A DNA stretch of 61,293 nt, counting the filler, from Sandaracinaceae bacterium (GTDB lineage: Bacteria > Myxococcota_A > Polyangia > Polyangiales > JADJQN01): assembly GCA_947483975.1 (NCBI GenBank). It is 8 parts of 8 records of this genome, joined end to end, with 100 filler letters (N's around TTAATTAATTAA, not from the genome) between each part and the next. Parts side by side here need not be neighbours in the genome. Positions count along the whole stretch, not along the records: positions 46,274 to 53,762 come from CANKOL010000266.1; positions 53,863 to 61,293 come from CANKOL010000267.1; 6 more parts are not named here. The stretch is one strand, 5' to 3'. Each line of letters starts with the position of its first letter. Within the stretch, counting starts at the first letter, position 1. The position numbers and the translations under genes were made by a program. Below, in pieces: positions 46,274 to 56,699 of the stretch. The notes below the pieces were generated by a model that was not told the DNA's origin, searched no databases, and saw nothing but the letters and a program-made list of their open reading frames with translations.

Positions 46274-46626
46274 CCGCCGAGGGCCGCGCTGCCGCTCGAG
46301 GCTGCCGCCGCGCCGCGCCGCGCGACCCAGAGCAAGCCGCGCCCCGCGTCCGCGACGCCGAGCAACACGACGGCGAAGAAGAGCAGCCCGAGCCACGTCA
46401 TCGCGACCCAAGCGAGCGGCGACGCGACCGTGCGCGACGCGACCCGCATCGAGAGCATCCCGACCACCGGCATCAGCCCGAGGACCACCGTCGCGACGGT
46501 CAGCCCGCGCGTCCAGGCGACGGAGAACGCCGGATCACGCACGAGGCGCACCCACAGGTAGTAGTGCATCAGCGCGTCGACGCCGACGACGACCGAAAGA
46601 AAGACGAGGACGCGCGGCAGCGACAT
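46274..46626 (-). CDS. Membrane protein N-terminus, probably a second YkuE-like metallophosphoesterase (3' truncated)
   Basis: Three TMs with HYYLWVRLV and DAGRG, similar to the N-terminus of the 28026..29345 protein. Confidence 0.6.
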
Positions 46627-46704
46627 GAGCCAATCAGTCGCGGCCCGGGAGCGCGCGTTTCGGGGAGAAGCTCGAGCGGCGTCGGCGCGCCCGAGCCCGG
46701 CTCC

Positions 46705-47289
46705 TCAGTGGCTGTGCTCGCGCGTCAACCCGGGATACGACTCGTCGCCGGGCTCGTGACGTGTGTTGCCGCTCTGATAGGACCCGTCTGCGCCGGGGAT
46801 CGACATCAGAGTCTCCTTGTCATAGAGGAAGTGATCGCGGTTCGTCGACGGCGGCATGTGCAGCCCCGTGTCCATCCGGATCGCGTCACACGGGCAAGCC
46901 TCGACGCAGTAGCCGCAGAAGATGCAGCGCAGCTCGTCGATGACGAACACCTTCGGGAAGCGCTCGTAGCCAGCGCGCGGGTCGTCCGCCGCATACTCCC
47001 CCGGCTCGATGTGGATGCACTGCGCCGGGCACGCCGTGGAGCAGCAGAGGCACGCGACACAGCGCGGCGAGCCGTCGGTGCGATGCGTGAGGCGGTGCAC
47101 GCCGCGGAAGCGCTCGGGATAGAGGCGCTTCTCCTCGGGGTAGCTGATCGTGGCGATGTCGCCGTTCTCGCGCTTCGAGAACGTGTTCTTGAAGAACTTG
47201 CGGAGCGAGAGGCCCACGCCCCCGACGATCGCAGGCATGTACACCTGCTCGCCGAACGTCATCTTGGGCTTGTTGACGAGCTTTGCCAT
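46705..47289 (-). CDS. nuoI: NADH-quinone oxidoreductase subunit I
   Basis: YPEE...RFRG.H, CVACLCCSTACP and CIFCGYCVEACP. Confidence 0.95.
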   Translation of the reverse strand: MAKLVNKPKMTFGEQVYMPAIVGGVGLSLRKFFKNTFSKRENGDIATISYPEEKRLYPERFRGVHRLTHRTDGSPRCVACLCCSTACPAQCIHIEPGEYAADDPRAGYERFPKVFVIDELRCIFCGYCVEACPCDAIRMDTGLHMPPSTNRDHFLYDKETLMSIPGADGSYQSGNTRHEPGDESYPGLTREHSH

Positions 47290-47299
47290 GACGCGAGCC

Positions 47300-48646
47300 T
47301 CAGTTGGCGAGCAGGAGGATGACGATGCCGGTGATGAAGATGTTGAGCAGCGAGAGCGGCAGCAGGAACTGCCAGCACAGCTTCATCAGCTGGTCGTAGC
47401 GGAAGCGCGGCAGCGTCCAGCGGATCGTGAACTGCAGGAACAGCATCAGGAAGAGCTTGGTCACGAAGGTCAGCACGTGGATGAGCGTCACCGCCCAGTG
47501 CTGCAGGGGCGCGCTCCAGAGGATGTGATCGCCGAAGCCGAACACGAAGCCGCCGCGCTCGAGGAAGGGCAGGTTGTAGCCGCCGAGGAAGAGCGTGATC
47601 AGCAGCGTGGACGCGAGGATGACCTCCGCGTACTCGCCCATCATGAACATCGCGAACTTCATCCCCGCGTACTCGGTGACGTAGCCGGCGACGATCTCGG
47701 ACTCACCCTCGGGGATGTCGAACGGGATGCGCTTGGACTCGGCTGTCGACGCCGCGAAGTAGAGGAGGAACGCGAGCGGCTGGACGAAAATTCCCCAGAC
47801 GTGCGCCTGCTGCCAGTGGACCATGTCCTCGAGCAGCAGCGAGCCGTAGACCATGAAGCAGCCGACGAGCGAGAGGCCGAGCGTGACCTCGTAGCTGACC
47901 ATCTGGCTCGCGGCGCGGATGCCGCCGAGGAGCGAGAACTTGTTGTCGCTGTTGTAGCCGGCGAGCGCGGCGCCGACGATGCCGGTGCCCGCGACGGCGA
48001 AGATGTAGAGGATGCCGACGTTGAGCGAGGACACCTGCAGCGCGGTCCCGGGGACGAGCGCGTCGACCGCGCCATCGGTCGGGATGTGCTCGTTCCAGAG
48101 CGACGGGTAGAACGTGTCGCTGAAAGGCACGACCGCCATCGTGATCAGCGCCGGCACCACGGAGATGAAGGGCGCCGCGGAGTGGAGGAGCTTGTCCGCG
48201 TTCTGCGGGACGAAGTCTTCCTTCCAGATCAGCTTCATCGCGTCCGCCGCCGAGTGCAGCAGGCCGAAGAGCGTGATCCGGCCGTTCTCCGGCAGGAGGA
48301 TGTCGAAGATGCGCCAGATGCCGAGGTGCACGACGCCGGCGAGGAGCACGACGCCAGCGACCCAGGCGGGCGCCGGTGCGGTCTCTGCCAAGCGCGCCGC
48401 GAGGAGCAGCGCCACGCCGCCGACCGTGGCGCCGACGCCGACCGCGAGCACGCCCGCCTTCAGCGCGCCCCGGAACTGGAGCAGGAACGGCGGCAGCGGG
48501 AGCGCCGCGCGCGTCGGACCGACGCGGTCCTGCATCTTCGCGCTCTGCCGCCGCTCGGCCCACAGCATGATCGGCACGGAGCCGACGATCAGGCCGATCG
48601 TGAAGAGGACTTTGACCGGGATCGAGAGGGCGAAGAAGGGGTCCAT
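47300..48646 (-). CDS. nuoH: NADH-quinone oxidoreductase subunit H (with insertion)
   Basis: ERR..AKMQDRVGP, RAASQMVSYE, PFDIPEGESEIVAGY, PRFRYDQLM. Confidence 0.95.
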   Translation of the reverse strand: MDPFFALSIPVKVLFTIGLIVGSVPIMLWAERRQSAKMQDRVGPTRAALPLPPFLLQFRGALKAGVLAVGVGATVGGVALLLAARLAETAPAPAWVAGVVLLAGVVHLGIWRIFDILLPENGRITLFGLLHSAADAMKLIWKEDFVPQNADKLLHSAAPFISVVPALITMAVVPFSDTFYPSLWNEHIPTDGAVDALVPGTALQVSSLNVGILYIFAVAGTGIVGAALAGYNSDNKFSLLGGIRAASQMVSYEVTLGLSLVGCFMVYGSLLLEDMVHWQQAHVWGIFVQPLAFLLYFAASTAESKRIPFDIPEGESEIVAGYVTEYAGMKFAMFMMGEYAEVILASTLLITLFLGGYNLPFLERGGFVFGFGDHILWSAPLQHWAVTLIHVLTFVTKLFLMLFLQFTIRWTLPRFRYDQLMKLCWQFLLPLSLLNIFITGIVILLLAN

Positions 48647-48653
48647 GGTCCTG

Positions 48654-50266
48654 TCAGGCCGTCGCCGCGGGCTGCGCGGTGGGCGTTGAGGCCGGCAGCG
48701 CGCGCCGGACGTCCTCTAGCTTGCCGAAGTCGATGGTCGCGCCGAGGGCCCGCGCGAGCTCCGCGAGGGTCTCCCAGGCGGACTTGATGCCGTCCGGCGC
48801 GTGGATCGCGCGCTTGAACTGCTGCGCGAGGCCGTGGCGGTTGGTGAAGGTGCCGTTCGTCTCGGCGTGCGTCGCGACCGGCACGAGCACCGACGCGACC
48901 GACGGCAGCGCGCCCTCGTTCGACGCGAGGCTGATGACGGGCACCTTGGAGAGCGCCGCGAGCTCCGCCGCGGACTCCTGCGACGCCCAGCCGAGCGCGA
49001 GCACCGCGCCCACGCTGCCGGACGCGACGTCCGCGAGCAGCTTGGCCGTGGTGCCGAGCGACGCGAAGCCGTGCTGCGCCGCGACGGCCGTCGCGCCCGC
49101 GCGGTTCGGGTTGTTGTCGGCGTCGCGGAGGATGGCGTCACCGTCCCAGCCGCCCTGCGCCGCGAGGTACACGCTGCTCGCGCCGAGCACGTCGCGCGCG
49201 AACTTCGCGAGCACGTGGTTGTCCTCGCTCGAGTGCTGCGCGGAGAAGACGACGCCGACCTTCTTGCCGGCCTTCTTGGCGGCCGCGAGCAGCGCGGCGG
49301 CCTCGGTCAGCGCCGCCGACGGCGTCACGTCGACGAGCCCGCCCGTAGCGCGGACGCGCCCCGCGGTGACGCGCCCCTCGTGGAAGCGCCGGTACGACAT
49401 CATGCCGTCGTCGCACATCCAGTACTTGTTGACGGCTTCGTTGTCGCGGGGCCGGAGGCGCTGGACCTCCTGCGCGCGGGGCTCGAAGTCGATGAACATG
49501 TTGCAGCCCGTCGCGCAGCCCGAGCAGACGCTCGGCGCCGCCTTCAGGAACCACACGCGCGCCTTGAAGCGGAAGTCGCGCGAGGTGAGCGCGCCCACCG
49601 GGCATACATGCTCGCTCATCAGCGTGTACTTGTGGTCGAGCTCGCGGCCCGGCGACAGGCAGATCTCGTTGACGTTGCCGCGCTCGCGCATGTCGAGGAC
49701 GGGGTCCTTGGCGACCTCGTCGTTGAAGCGGATGCAGCGCGTGCACATCACACAGCGCTCGCCGTCGTACACGATGGTCGGGCCGAAGCGCACGGCCTTG
49801 CTCTTGTGCACGGGCTCCGTCTGCTTGCGCTTCAGCTTGGTCTGATGCGCGAGCCAGTAGTCCTGCAGCTTGCACTCGCCGGCCTGATCGCAGATCGGGC
49901 AGTCGACGGGGTGATTGAGCAGCAGGAACTCCTGCACGGTCGCGTGCGCGGCCTTGGCCGGCTCCGACTGCGAGGAGACCTCGAGGCCGTCGGTCACGGC
50001 CTGCTGACAGGCGGGGACGAGCTTCACCTTGGTCGCGTCGACGTACTCGTTCTTCTTCGCGTCCCACTGCATGATCGGCAGCATCATCGGGCGGCCGCTC
50101 TTGACCTCGACGAGGCACATGCGGCAGCTCGCGACGACGCTCAGCCCCGGATGCCAGCAGTAGTGGGGAATCTCGATTCCCGCGCGCCAAGCCGCACGAA
50201 TGATCGTGTCGCCGGGCTGATACTCGAGGTCCTGTCCATTGAGCTTGAAGGTCGGCATTCGCTCAC

Positions 50267-50270
<4 letters not shown>
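48654..50270 (-). CDS. nuoG: NADH-quinone oxidoreductase subunit G (short form)
   Basis: CWHPGLSVVASCRMC, HPVDCPICDQAGEC, CVMCTRC, CPVGAL, CSGCATGC. Confidence 0.9.
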
Positions 50271-51484
<1,214 letters not shown>

Positions 51485-51562
51485 CGTCTCGTCTCCGTGG
51501 GCGGCGCCGTCTGCGGCGAATGAAGTGACGACCTCGGCCCTGGCCGAGGCGCTGGCCTGTCC

Positions 51563-52252
51563 TCAGGCCTTACCGGGGATCTCGGCAGGTCGCGGGGAGC
51601 CCGTCTGCGCGGCGCTCGTCTCGCTCGTGTTTCGCTTCTGGCCCTGCTGCACCGCGAGGGCGGGCGCGACCTGAAGGTCTTCGCCCTGCAGCCGCGCGGC
51701 CCAGTCGATTCGCGCGAAGGGCTGGCCCTCTGCAGGCCCGAACGGCGGCAGCTTCTGGATGGAGTCCGCATCGCGGTACTGCACGAGGGGCTGCGTGCGC
51801 TCGATCGGGTAGTCCTTACGGAGCGGATGCCCCACGAACTCCGGGTAGAGCAGGACGCGCCGCAGATCCGGGTGCCCACGGAAGACGATGCCGAACATGT
51901 CGAAGCACTCGCGCTCGGTCCAGTTGGCGCCGCGCCACACCGGATAGAGGGTGTCGAGCTCCTGGCCCTCGCCGACGCGCGTCTTCAGGGCGAAGCGGTG
52001 CCCCTTGCTCATCGAGCGCGCGCGGACGACGACGTCGAAGCGCGGCAGCGAAGGCACGCGCTCGGGGTAGTCGACCGCGGTCAGATCGGTGAAGTGATCG
52101 AGCACGGTCTGCGCGTCGGTCTTCAGGAAGAGCGCGATCTCGCGCCAGTCCTTCGGGGCGACGATCGCCGTGTCGTCACCGCGGAAGCTCGAGGTCTCGA
52201 GGATACGGTCGCCGAACACCGCCTTCAGCCGGTCGAGGATCTTGGTGCTCAT
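51563..52252 (-). CDS. nuoC: NADH-quinone oxidoreductase subunit C
   Basis: [33 protein letters not shown]. Confidence 0.95.
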   Translation of the reverse strand: MSTKILDRLKAVFGDRILETSSFRGDDTAIVAPKDWREIALFLKTDAQTVLDHFTDLTAVDYPERVPSLPRFDVVVRARSMSKGHRFALKTRVGEGQELDTLYPVWRGANWTERECFDMFGIVFRGHPDLRRVLLYPEFVGHPLRKDYPIERTQPLVQYRDADSIQKLPPFGPAEGQPFARIDWAARLQGEDLQVAPALAVQQGQKRNTSETSAAQTGSPRPAEIPGKA

Positions 52253-52860
52253 TCGCCATTTCCTTCGCGGCCAGCGGCGCGTGCGAGGTCGGCCGCGTGC
52301 GTGGCGTCGGCGCCCGACACCGGCTCACCGCGCGTGCGCAGTTGCGCGAGCTTCGGCAGCTCGCGGGGCGGCACGGTGATGGGGCCGCGGGTGCCGCTCT
52401 GGATCTTCTCCATCAGCAGCGAGAGCGCGTCGAGCACGGCCTCCGGGCGCGGGGGGCACGCGGGGATGTAGACGTCGACCGGGATGATCTTGTCGACGCC
52501 GGGGAGCGTCGTGTAGTTGTCGTAGAAGCCGCCCGTCGAGGCGCAGGTCCCGAACGCGATCACCCACTTGGGCTCGGAGATCTGCTCGTAGATCCGCTTG
52601 AGCACGGGCGCCTGCCGCTGGCTGACGGTGCCGACGACCCAGAGCAGATCCGCTTGGCGCGGCGAGAAGCGCGGCGCCTCGGCGCCGAAGCGCGCGATGT
52701 CGTAGCGCGGCCCCGCGGCGGCGAGGAACTCCATGCCGCAGCAGGCGGTCACGAACGGATACTGGAAGAGCGAGTACTTACGAGCCCAGGAAAGCAGCGC
52801 GGTGAGCTTCGTCGTGGCGAAGTTCGAGTCGCCGCCGAGAATGGTCTTCACTTCTCCCAT
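52249..52860 (-). CDS. nuoB: NADH-quinone oxidoreductase subunit B
   Basis: [32 protein letters not shown] at 52860. Confidence 0.95.
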   Translation of the reverse strand: MGEVKTILGGDSNFATTKLTALLSWARKYSLFQYPFVTACCGMEFLAAAGPRYDIARFGAEAPRFSPRQADLLWVVGTVSQRQAPVLKRIYEQISEPKWVIAFGTCASTGGFYDNYTTLPGVDKIIPVDVYIPACPPRPEAVLDALSLLMEKIQSGTRGPITVPPRELPKLAQLRTRGEPVSGADATHAADLARAAGREGNGE

Positions 52861-53207
52861 TCGAGGGCTCCCTTTTTCCATGCGTAGACGAGGGTGATGA
52901 CGAGCACGGTGAGGAACAGCGTCATCTCGACGAGCCCCATCCAGCCGAGGCGGCGAAAGAGCGCGGCCCACGGATAGAGGAACACCGCCTCGATGTCGAA
53001 GATCACGAAGAGGATCGCGGTCAGGTAGAACTTGATGCTCAGCCGGACGTTCCGCGCGCCCGTCGAGGGGGAGCCGGACTCGTAGGGGAGCGCCTTCTCA
53101 GCGGTCGGGTTCTTCGGCCCGAGCACCACGCCGAGCGTGAAGATGATCGTGGCGAGCCCGGCGGCTGCGAGGAGGATGACCAGGATCGGTAGGTACAGGG
53201 AGAGCAT
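52848..53207 (-). CDS. nuoA: NADH-quinone oxidoreductase subunit A
   Basis: [35 protein letters not shown]. Confidence 0.95.
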   Translation of the reverse strand: MLSLYLPILVILLAAAGLATIIFTLGVVLGPKNPTAEKALPYESGSPSTGARNVRLSIKFYLTAILFVIFDIEAVFLYPWAALFRRLGWMGLVEMTLFLTVLVITLVYAWKKGALEWEK

Positions 53208-53214
53208 TGACGGC

Positions 53215-53289
53215 CAGCTTTCGCTTCACTGCGGACGACCAGCTTTGGCTTCACTGCGGACGAGGAGCTTGGGCTTCACTGCGGACGAC
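53215..53289. repeat. Three tandem 25-bp direct repeats in the nuoA leader
   Basis: CAGCTTTCGCTTCACTGCGGACGAC / CAGCTTTGGCTTCACTGCGGACGAG / GAGCTTGGGCTTCACTGCGGACGAC. Confidence 0.9.
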
Positions 53290-53398
53290 TAGCGGCTGCT
53301 TGACGGCGTTCGGGCCACCTGGCGCGCGAGGTGCCGCGGCCGTCGAGGCGACGCGTACGCCGTACGCTGCAGCGCCCCGAGGGCGCCACTCGGGCCGG

Positions 53399-53427
53399 TT
53401 TCTAGCGTTGCAGCCGATGGCTGTCAA
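53399..53427 (-). promoter_or_regulatory. Putative sigma70 promoter of the nuo operon
   Basis: Minus strand TTGACA-N17-TAGAAA. Confidence 0.5.
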
Positions 53428-53497
53428 CGCTGCGCTTCATCGGGCGAAGGGCGTGGCTCACGCGGTGCTGCGGAGACGCGCCCACGGCCTCACGCGC

Positions 53498-53761
53498 TCA
53501 GTAGTCGTCCTCTTCCCAGCCGCCGCCGCTGCCGCCGCCGCCACGCTTCTTGTCGGCGTTCTTCGGCTCGAGGGGACGACGCTTCTTGTTGCCCGCCTTG
53601 CTGAAGGCTGCCGCTGCGCCGCCTGGCTTGTCGTCCGCGGTGAACGTGCGTCGGCGACGCTCGTCCGGCGTGCCTGCCGCGCCACCCGGTCCGCCGAGCG
53701 GGCCTCCGGCGCCGCCGTAGCCGCCACCCGCAGGACCGCCTCCACCGCCGCCAGGGCCGCC
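53498..53761 (-). CDS. Gly-rich, basic C-terminal fragment (possibly an RRM RNA-binding protein tail)
   Basis: Manual translation GGPGGGGGGPAGGYGG...KKRGGGGSGGGWEEDDY*; 5' truncated. Confidence 0.55.
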   Translation of the reverse strand, partial: GGPGGGGGGPAGGGYGGAGGPLGGPGGAAGTPDERRRRTFTADDKPGGAAAAFSKAGNKKRRPLEPKNADKKRGGGGSGGGWEEDDY

Positions 53762-53762
53762 G

Positions 53763-53862
53763 NNNNNNNNNNNNNNNNNNNNNNNNNNNNNNNNNNNNNN
53801 NNNNNNTTAATTAATTAANNNNNNNNNNNNNNNNNNNNNNNNNNNNNNNNNNNNNNNNNNNN
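53763..53862. other. Artificial contig linker
   Basis: N-run/TTAATTAATTAA/N-run. Confidence 0.99.
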
Positions 53863-53864
53863 CC

Positions 53865-53921
53865 GCGAGCAACGGCGTCATCCACGTCATCGACAAGGTG
53901 CTCGTCCCCTCCGACCTCTGA
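53865..53921 (+). CDS. Fasciclin (FAS1) domain protein, C-terminal end
   Basis: ASNGVIHVIDKVLVPSDL* contains the FAS1 H2 motif. Confidence 0.75.
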   Translation, partial: ASNGVIHVIDKVLVPSDL

Positions 53922-53937
53922 TACAATCTGCCGCGCG

Positions 53938-54291
53938 ATGCTCGTCCGCGCCGTGGACCGCAATCCCGCCCCGCTCGCACCGAGCCGGCTCGCCACCTCG
54001 GTGGCGTGCGCGGTCGCGCTGTCGTCGACCACGGCCGGTGCGAGCCCGTTCCACGAGACAATCGGTGGCGTCGACGGCGTGCATCCGCACGACTCGCGCA
54101 CGATGCCCACCCGGTCGGAGGCGGCCTACGTCCAGCCCGCTCTCCTCACGAATCTCCCAGCTTCGGAGTCGCTCACAGTCGTCGGCATCGGCACGTCGCT
54201 CCACGTCGGCCTCGCTCCGCGAGAGTCCGGCCTCGACGTGAGCGATGCAATCTATGACGCGAGTCAGGTCGGGCCCGAACGACCAGAATGA
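53938..54291 (+). CDS. Small leader ORF before the czcCBA-like operon (CzcI-like position)
   Basis: TACAAT box 10 nt upstream; weak signal-like segment; His cluster; ends GPERPE* 12 nt before the TolC ATG. Confidence 0.45.
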   Translation: MLVRAVDRNPAPLAPSRLATSVACAVALSSTTAGASPFHETIGGVDGVHPHDSRTMPTRSEAAYVQPALLTNLPASESLTVVGIGTSLHVGLAPRESGLDVSDAIYDASQVGPERPE

Positions 54292-54303
54292 GAGCCACGA
54301 ACG

Positions 54304-55563
54304 ATGAGCCACGTCTTCAGGACCAGTCAGGAGCCCAGTCGACGCATTTGCCGGTTCCTCGGCACCGCGATGCTCGCGCTGGCGATCCTCTCCGTCACAC
54401 CCCAAGCGCGAGCATTCCCTTCTCTCGATGAAGCGGTGGGGCGTGCGCAGGCGCACGCGCCGTCTGCGGTCGATGCGCGAGGCTCCGCGCGCGTCGCCGA
54501 GGCGCTTGAAGCCGGAGCGCGGGTTTCGTCGCTTTGGAATCCCTATATCGAGCTCACCGGTGACCGCGGAAGGTTCACGAGGGACGTCCAGATCAACGGC
54601 AGTCTCTTCCTACCCATCGAAATCCAGGGACAACGCGGGGCGCGGATCGCGGAATGGGAGCGACTCGTCGCGTGGCGACGGGCGGCGCTCGGCGACGCGC
54701 TGGCGCAGACGCTGCGAGACGCAACCGAGGCCTACGGTAGAGCGAAGATCGCCAGCGCTCGTCTCGAGCAAGCCGAGAGGGCGGAGCAGGAAGCCACGCT
54801 CGAGGCGAACGCGGTCGGTGAGCGGCTTCGCGCCGGCGACGCGGCGACCTACGAGCTCAGCGTCGCTGAATCGGAGACCTCCCGCTGGGCGCAGCTTCGG
54901 GTGAGTGCGTCGGTCGAACTTCGCCAGGCCCTCACCCGTCTCGAAGAGCTCACGGGCGACAGGGTGGAACGCCCGTCCGTCACGGAGGTGAGCGCACCCT
55001 CGCTGCGCCGGCCGCTGCCGGCCGGCGATTGGAGCAGCTGGCTCGCCGCAAACCCGTCGCTCAAGGCGCTGCAGGCCGAGTCGCAGCTCTGGCAGTCGAC
55101 TGCGGAACGCTCCAAGAAGGAGGCATTGTCCCCCTTGAACATCGTAGTGCTCGGCGGAAGAGGAGACGTCGGGGAGGCGCGGTTCGGTGGGGGGCTCGCG
55201 TGGACCTTCCCGGTATTTCGGCGCAACCAGGGCGAAATCGCGAGGGCCGAGTCCGAGCAGACGCGCGCGCACGCAGTGCGCGGTGCCCTCAGGGATGCAC
55301 TCACGGCGCGTCTAAGCGGAGCGCGCGACGCCTACGACATCGCCTCGGCCGGCGTCCTCGAGCTCCAGAGCACCGGGATCCCCGCGGCGGAACGCGTGGT
55401 CGCCACCGCCCTGGAGAGCCAGCGCGCCGGAAAGGGAGAACTCGCGCGGGTGATCATTGCTCGGCGTGATCTTGCCTCGGCGCGAACGAGGCAACTCGAT
55501 CTGATGGAGCTCGCCTGGTCCGCCTATGCCGAGCTCGCTGGATACAAGGGGGAACTACCATGA
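54304..55563 (+). CDS. TolC/CzcC-family outer membrane efflux protein
   Basis: Signal peptide, WNPYIEL, PVFRRNQGEIARA; first gene of an OMF-MFP-RND operon with ATGA overlaps. Confidence 0.85.
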   Translation: MSHVFRTSQEPSRRICRFLGTAMLALAILSVTPQARAFPSLDEAVGRAQAHAPSAVDARGSARVAEALEAGARVSSLWNPYIELTGDRGRFTRDVQINGSLFLPIEIQGQRGARIAEWERLVAWRRAALGDALAQTLRDATEAYGRAKIASARLEQAERAEQEATLEANAVGERLRAGDAATYELSVAESETSRWAQLRVSASVELRQALTRLEELTGDRVERPSVTEVSAPSLRRPLPAGDWSSWLAANPSLKALQAESQLWQSTAERSKKEALSPLNIVVLGGRGDVGEARFGGGLAWTFPVFRRNQGEIARAESEQTRAHAVRGALRDALTARLSGARDAYDIASAGVLELQSTGIPAAERVVATALESQRAGKGELARVIIARRDLASARTRQLDLMELAWSAYAELAGYKGELP

Positions 55564-56699
55564 AACGGCTCTGCTCCATCCTCATCGCGATCCTCTCTCT
55601 GACCTCGCAGGCGTGCTCGAAGGGTGACGCGACGAAGGCGGCGCCCGAGCAAACCAAGGGGCCACTGCTGATTGACCTCGATCCCGCGACGCTCGATCGG
55701 CTCGGAGTCCAATCCGAGGTGGCAGGCGCCGATGGCGCGGGGCTCCACATCAAGCTTCCTGGCACACTCGAGTACGCCGCGGACAAGTACGCCGAGGTGG
55801 GCACCGTCGTTGAGGGGCGCGTGACCGACATCCGAGTCACCGTCGGCACCGCGGTCAAGAAGGGACAGGTCCTCGCGACCGTGCTCGTCCCCGCGATCGT
55901 GAGCGCGCAATCCGAGGCGATCTCTGCCCAGGCAGCTCTGAAGGTCGCACGCGACCATGCCCAGAGAGAGGCGTCACTGCTGGAGAAGCAACTCACGACG
56001 AACCGAGAAGAGGAGCTCGCTCGGGGTGACGCGACGAGAGCAGAGGCTGAGCTTGCAGCCGCGTCCGCGAAGTTGCGCCTGCTTGGCTCGCCGCTCCCGA
56101 CGACGACGGACGCGATCCGTGCCGACGGCTCGATCACGCTCGTCTCGCCGATCGATGGCGTGGTGGTTCGGAGAGACGCCGTATCTGGCGGCTTTCTCGA
56201 GCCCAAGGACGTCGCGTTCGCCGTGGCCGATACATCCGTGCTCTGGGCGGTGCTGGACGCGTACGAGTCGGACGTCGCCTCCATTCGCGAGGGGGCTGAC
56301 GTCAGCCTCTCCGTCGATGCGCTCGGCGGGAAGACCATCGCGAGCAAGATCGCCGTCCTCGAGCCGCAGCTCGGTCGAGCGAGCAGGGCAGTCCGGGCAC
56401 GCGTGCTCGTCGACAACCGAGACGGCGCGCTTCGCTCAGGCTTGTTCGTGCGAGCCGCCATCACGGTCGACGCCGAGCGCGCGACCTCACGCTTGCTCGT
56501 GCCGAGGGCCGCGGTCCAGCCGCTCGGCGAACGCGATGTGGTCTTCATCGAACGGTCGCGGGGGAAGTTCGAGGTGAGGCCCGTGGTCGTCGCCCGTCGC
56601 ACGCCGCAAGTCGCAGAGATCACGGACGGCCTCGCGCGGGGCGAACGGATCGTGGTCCACGGCGCCTTCGTCCTGCGCGGTGAGGCAACCAAGCAATGA
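55560..56699 (+). CDS. CzcB/CusB-family periplasmic adaptor (MFP)
   Basis: Lipoprotein-like signal; GTAVKKGQVL, SPIDGVV, LRSGLFV, GLARGERIV. Confidence 0.9.
   Translation: MKRLCSILIAILSLTSQACSKGDATKAAPEQTKGPLLIDLDPATLDRLGVQSEVAGADGAGLHIKLPGTLEYAADKYAEVGTVVEGRVTDIRVTVGTAVKKGQVLATVLVPAIVSAQSEAISAQAALKVARDHAQREASLLEKQLTTNREEELARGDATRAEAELAAASAKLRLLGSPLPTTTDAIRADGSITLVSPIDGVVVRRDAVSGGFLEPKDVAFAVADTSVLWAVLDAYESDVASIREGADVSLSVDALGGKTIASKIAVLEPQLGRASRAVRARVLVDNRDGALRSGLFVRAAITVDAERATSRLLVPRAAVQPLGERDVVFIERSRGKFEVRPVVVARRTPQVAEITDGLARGERIVVHGAFVLRGEATKQ

Noticed and set aside
53215..53289. CRISPR array or plasmid iterons
   Set aside because: Head-to-tail repeats with no unique spacers and no rep gene; they lie in a housekeeping operon leader.
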